From contig CALBFA010000041.1 in assembly GCA_937888365.1 (NCBI GenBank), positions 1,689-65,688 of the forward strand: 64,000 bases of DNA. The letters are read 5' to 3'. Shown piece after piece: positions 60,442-64,000 of this stretch. Under the pieces are notes generated by a model. It searched no databases, was not told the DNA's origin, and saw only the letters and a program-made list of their open reading frames with translations. This DNA comes from an uncultured Fidelibacterota bacterium. GTDB taxonomy: Bacteria; Fidelibacterota; UBA8477; JABMPR01. Position numbers and translations under genes: made by a program. How positions within the stretch are numbered: the first letter of the stretch is position 1; every line of letters begins with the position of its first letter.

Positions 60442-61473
60442 ATGCATAATAAACAAAGATTAATAGTAAAATACCTGATATTAGTTGTATTAACGTCAAG
60501 TTTTCTAGCCTTGTCCCTTTCTACTTCTATCTTTGATAAAACCAACTATCCCCATAATAATCAAGAGGTTAAAATCACAATTCCTCAGGGTTCCTATTTA
60601 AGTCAAATTGCGGATTCGTTATACGGCAATAATTTAATTGAAAATAGAATCACTTTTATTTTAGCCGCATTGATTACCAATAAGAGTCGGAGTATGAAAT
60701 CGGGCCGGTATGTTTTGAACCAAGGCTTATCCAATGTAGGCATATTACGTGAAATGGAATCCACTAACATGGAGGATGTTATCGTAACGATTCCCGAAGG
60801 ATTACGATCCGATGAGATTATCTCAATGCTTTGTAGGAAAATTGACGTTGACTCGTTGGAACTTGTGCAATTGTTAGAAGATAGTGTTTTACTCAATCCT
60901 TTTGGTAAAAGTCTCCATCACTTAGAGGGCACTTTATTTCCGGATACCTATAATTTTATTAAAGGTACATCACCTCGCATCGTTTTCGAAAAATTGACGA
61001 ATCGCTTTTTAAGTCAATTACCAAAAGACTGGAAACAAAAATCTGAAGCCCTCGGACTTAATCTCAATCAAATATTGACACTCGCGTCTTTGGTGGAAAA
61101 AGAAACAGCAAAAAGTGATGAAAGACGACTGGTTGCAGGTGTTTACTTAAATCGAGTTCGAGCTGATATGCATTTGAATGCCGATCCGACCCTCATCTAT
61201 ATGTTGATAAAGCGTGATGAATGGGATGGTAATTTGCAAAAGCGCCATAAAAAGATTCGGGATCCATACAATACATATCGTTACAGAGGACTTCCTCCGG
61301 GTCCAATTGCCAGTCCTGGAAGAGCTTCCATTGAAGCTGTTCTTAATCCCGAAAACACACAATTTCTATATTTTGTTGGTAAAAATGATGGCTCAGGCGA
61401 GCATGATTTTTCCGAAACATTACGACAACATATTAATAAAGTAAATCGATATCAAAAAAGAAAGTCCCAATGA
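60442..61473 (+). CDS. mltG: Endolytic murein transglycosylase MltG (YceG-like)
   Basis: 343 aa, N-terminal TM, YceG-domain pattern (...GVYLNRVRADMHLNADPTLIY...). Confidence 0.8.
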   Translation: MHNKQRLIVKYLILVVLTSSFLALSLSTSIFDKTNYPHNNQEVKITIPQGSYLSQIADSLYGNNLIENRITFILAALITNKSRSMKSGRYVLNQGLSNVGILREMESTNMEDVIVTIPEGLRSDEIISMLCRKIDVDSLELVQLLEDSVLLNPFGKSLHHLEGTLFPDTYNFIKGTSPRIVFEKLTNRFLSQLPKDWKQKSEALGLNLNQILTLASLVEKETAKSDERRLVAGVYLNRVRADMHLNADPTLIYMLIKRDEWDGNLQKRHKKIRDPYNTYRYRGLPPGPIASPGRASIEAVLNPENTQFLYFVGKNDGSGEHDFSETLRQHINKVNRYQKRKSQ

Positions 61474-63686
61474 CATCTCAAATTCTAGCTGGTTTAAATC
61501 CCCCTCAACAAGCGGCTGTGCAGGCCATAGACGGTCCGGTCTTAATTTTCGCCGGAGCAGGTAGTGGTAAAACGCGTGTTCTAACGCATCGCATCGCTTA
61601 TATGATTCATAAACACAACATCCTTCCCTCATCGATTTTGGCGGTGACCTTCACCAATAAAGCCGCAGGCGAATTAAGACAACGGGTCAATAATATGGTG
61701 GGGCAAGGAGTTGGTTACGTCAATGTGGGAACGTTTCATTCCATTTGCTCACGGATTTTACGGGCAGAAGCGTCGTCCATAGGCTATAATCAAAATTTTA
61801 CTATTTATGATGACTCAGACGGTCAACGCGTCGTAAAAGACATCCTTAATACGATGCAACTTTCTACCGACTATTACAAACCAGCAGGTGTATTTTATCA
61901 AATTAAAGCTGCGAAAAACAAGATGCAGACGCCCTCAGAAATGGCTGAATTAGCGATGAGTGCGCGCGATGAAAAAATTGCTGAAATTTATCTCTCATAC
62001 GAATCGACACTTAAAGCAAACAATGCAATGGATTTTGATGACTTGCTCTCGAAGCCACTTGAAGTGTTTGAAAATAATCCTGCAATTCTACGATTTTATC
62101 AAAATAAGTTCAAATATATTTTAGTGGATGAGTATCAAGATACAAACTTGGCTCAATTTAAATTCGTTGAATATCTATCGAAAGAGTCCAAAAATATTTG
62201 TGTCGTTGGCGACGATGACCAATCTATTTATGGATGGCGAGGCGCGGATATTTCGAATATCATCGATTTCCAACAGATTTTCCCGACGGGGCAAGTTTTT
62301 AAGTTAGAGCAAAATTATCGATCGACGGAAACTATTATTAAAGCCGCCAATGCAGTTGTCTCTAAAAATGTATATCGTGCGGATAAAGTCTTGTGGACGG
62401 AGAGTGGTAAAGGTGCCCCAATTACCGTTTTACATGGCGAGACTGAAACGGGGGAAGGTCAGGCTATTTTACATGCTATCCACGACCAACGTAACAACGG
62501 TATTGAGTTAAGCTCAATGGCGGTTCTTTATCGAACAAATGCCCAGTCTCGTGCACTGGAAGATGTAATGCGACGAAATGCAGTCCCTTATCAAATTGTC
62601 GGAGGCACAAAATTCTATGACCGCAAGGAAATCAAGGATATTCTGGCGTATTTTCGCTTAATCCTTAATCCCGCAGATTCGGTGGCGTTATTGCGAATTA
62701 TTAATGTGCCCAGTCGTAAAATCGGGAAAACAACGGTTGAACGATTGGTGAAATTCGCCCTCTCAAAGGATAAACAACTCTATTCGATTTTAAATAATAT
62801 TGATGAAATTGGGCTCAATTCGGGTGTTGAAAAACGCATCAATGACTTTTACCAATTTATTCAAAAATATATAGATCTAATTTCAGAATTGTCACTATAT
62901 CATTGGGCGATAGCAATTATTGACGAGCTGGGATTTATTGAATCATTTCGAGCTGAAGATACACCTGACGCGATAAGTAGAATTGATAATATCAATGAGC
63001 TTTTAGCGGCTTTGGATGAATACGAGAAAAATAATGAAAACGCGACACTTGCTCAATACATGGAAGAAGTCAGTCTGTTAAGCGATATTGACCAATTTAA
63101 CGATGAAGCACATAAAGTTACATTGATGACACTCCACGCCGCGAAAGGTTTAGAGTTTGATATCGTATTTTTGGCTGGCATGGAACAAGGATTATTCCCT
63201 CTCGAACGTGGCGATTCAACGGAAGACATGGAAGAAGAAAGGAGACTCTTTTATGTAGGGCTAACGCGGGCGAAGCGTGTTGCATATCTAACATACGCGA
63301 TGCGTCGTACTCGTTTTGGCGAATTTATGATAAACACTCCCAGCATATTTATTGGTGAAATCCCTTTTGAATATCTTAACTTCCCGCAAAAAGAAAAAGT
63401 CGGAAGCAATCGATCGGAAAAGAAAATGTCATCAACAAAGCGACACAAAACGAAACCTCAAGTAAGAACCTTTGCTAAGAAATCGAAATCATTATTCGGT
63501 GAACCAGAGGTGAAACCTAAGAGCGGAGAATATGAAATTGGCCAAGAGGTTATGCACGCATTCTTCGGAAAAGGAACAATCATCAATGTCTCTGGAGGAG
63601 GCCCTGAGGCTCGTTTAACAGTCGTATTTACTGGTTCTACTAAAAAATTAGTGGCTAAATTTGCGAATCTAAAAATACTAGATTAA
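61470..63686 (+). CDS. pcrA: ATP-dependent DNA helicase PcrA/UvrD family
   Basis: 738 aa, Walker A AGAGSGKTRVL, UvrD helicase motifs; ATGA overlap with mltG. Confidence 0.9.
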   Translation: MTSQILAGLNPPQQAAVQAIDGPVLIFAGAGSGKTRVLTHRIAYMIHKHNILPSSILAVTFTNKAAGELRQRVNNMVGQGVGYVNVGTFHSICSRILRAEASSIGYNQNFTIYDDSDGQRVVKDILNTMQLSTDYYKPAGVFYQIKAAKNKMQTPSEMAELAMSARDEKIAEIYLSYESTLKANNAMDFDDLLSKPLEVFENNPAILRFYQNKFKYILVDEYQDTNLAQFKFVEYLSKESKNICVVGDDDQSIYGWRGADISNIIDFQQIFPTGQVFKLEQNYRSTETIIKAANAVVSKNVYRADKVLWTESGKGAPITVLHGETETGEGQAILHAIHDQRNNGIELSSMAVLYRTNAQSRALEDVMRRNAVPYQIVGGTKFYDRKEIKDILAYFRLILNPADSVALLRIINVPSRKIGKTTVERLVKFALSKDKQLYSILNNIDEIGLNSGVEKRINDFYQFIQKYIDLISELSLYHWAIAIIDELGFIESFRAEDTPDAISRIDNINELLAALDEYEKNNENATLAQYMEEVSLLSDIDQFNDEAHKVTLMTLHAAKGLEFDIVFLAGMEQGLFPLERGDSTEDMEEERRLFYVGLTRAKRVAYLTYAMRRTRFGEFMINTPSIFIGEIPFEYLNFPQKEKVGSNRSEKKMSSTKRHKTKPQVRTFAKKSKSLFGEPEVKPKSGEYEIGQEVMHAFFGKGTIINVSGGGPEARLTVVFTGSTKKLVAKFANLKILD

Positions 63687-63910
63687 TTCCACAAGAAGAC
63701 AAGTTATGCATAAATTGGGGCTTTCTAGAGGTCCCATTTTTTTATTGATACACTTAGAAAAGTGGATATTCAATGGATTAAAACGGGTTTTTTATTGAGG
63801 CTTCTTTTGTAACGTTCATTTTTATTTGAGTCATCTCTTACAAAGTCACAAAAAAAAATTAAGTTCGCCTCGAACAAAAAAAATGGAGTCGTGTTGATTT
63901 TCACGGAGAC

Positions 63911-64000
63911 TTAATGCTAAAAATTGCTGCTATATTTTATTCGATTAGTATTATCATATTTGCAATTGGCTATCGATTCTATAGACATCGAAAACAAAAA
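63911..64000 (+). CDS. 5' end of a hypothetical membrane protein (truncated by window end)
   Basis: ATG followed by a hydrophobic stretch MLKIAAIFYSISIIIFAIGY... Confidence 0.2.

Noticed and set aside
1-64000. rRNA genes, CRISPR arrays, prophage structural genes
   Set aside because: None detectable: no long non-coding conserved stretches, no spaced repeat arrays, no capsid/terminase-like ORFs.

Overview
This 64-kb, AT-rich bacterial window is mostly core genome. On the plus strand it carries an almost uninterrupted translation/transcription superoperon with E. coli-like gene order: tRNA-Thr/Tyr/Gly/Thr, tuf, rpmG, tRNA-Trp, secE, nusG, rplKAJL, rpoB, rpoC, then rpsL, rpsG, fusA and a second tuf, then the full S10/spc/alpha ribosomal-protein operons through rplQ. 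The two tuf copies are identical from ATG to last codon. Flanking housekeeping genes are lgt, ddl, cysS, hutU, hutI, plsY, mltG and pcrA. Two secreted proteins with T9SS-type C-terminal sorting domains point to an FCB-group-like organism. The accessory content is small but interesting. (i) A roughly 2.6-kb defense-type islet encodes an AlbA_2/HATPase_c_4/wHTH protein and an Abi_2 abortive-infection protein. It splits an AtuA/acyl-CoA-carboxylase/enoyl-CoA-hydratase cluster and is bounded by a 52-bp direct repeat copying the 3' end of the carboxyltransferase gene. (ii) A roughly 300-bp GIY-YIG nuclease mini-element sits at the 3' end of tRNA-Asp, with a 38-bp duplication of the tRNA end plus terminator. 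(iii) A 24-bp palindrome is shared between that element and a solo intergenic site near 4.1 kb. (iv) A four-helix-bundle (rRNA-IVS-type) gene is preceded by an 11-mer repeat. (v) The AlbA_2 gene contains an in-frame perfect 12-bp x4 tandem repeat. No rRNA, CRISPR array, transposase or integrase was seen.
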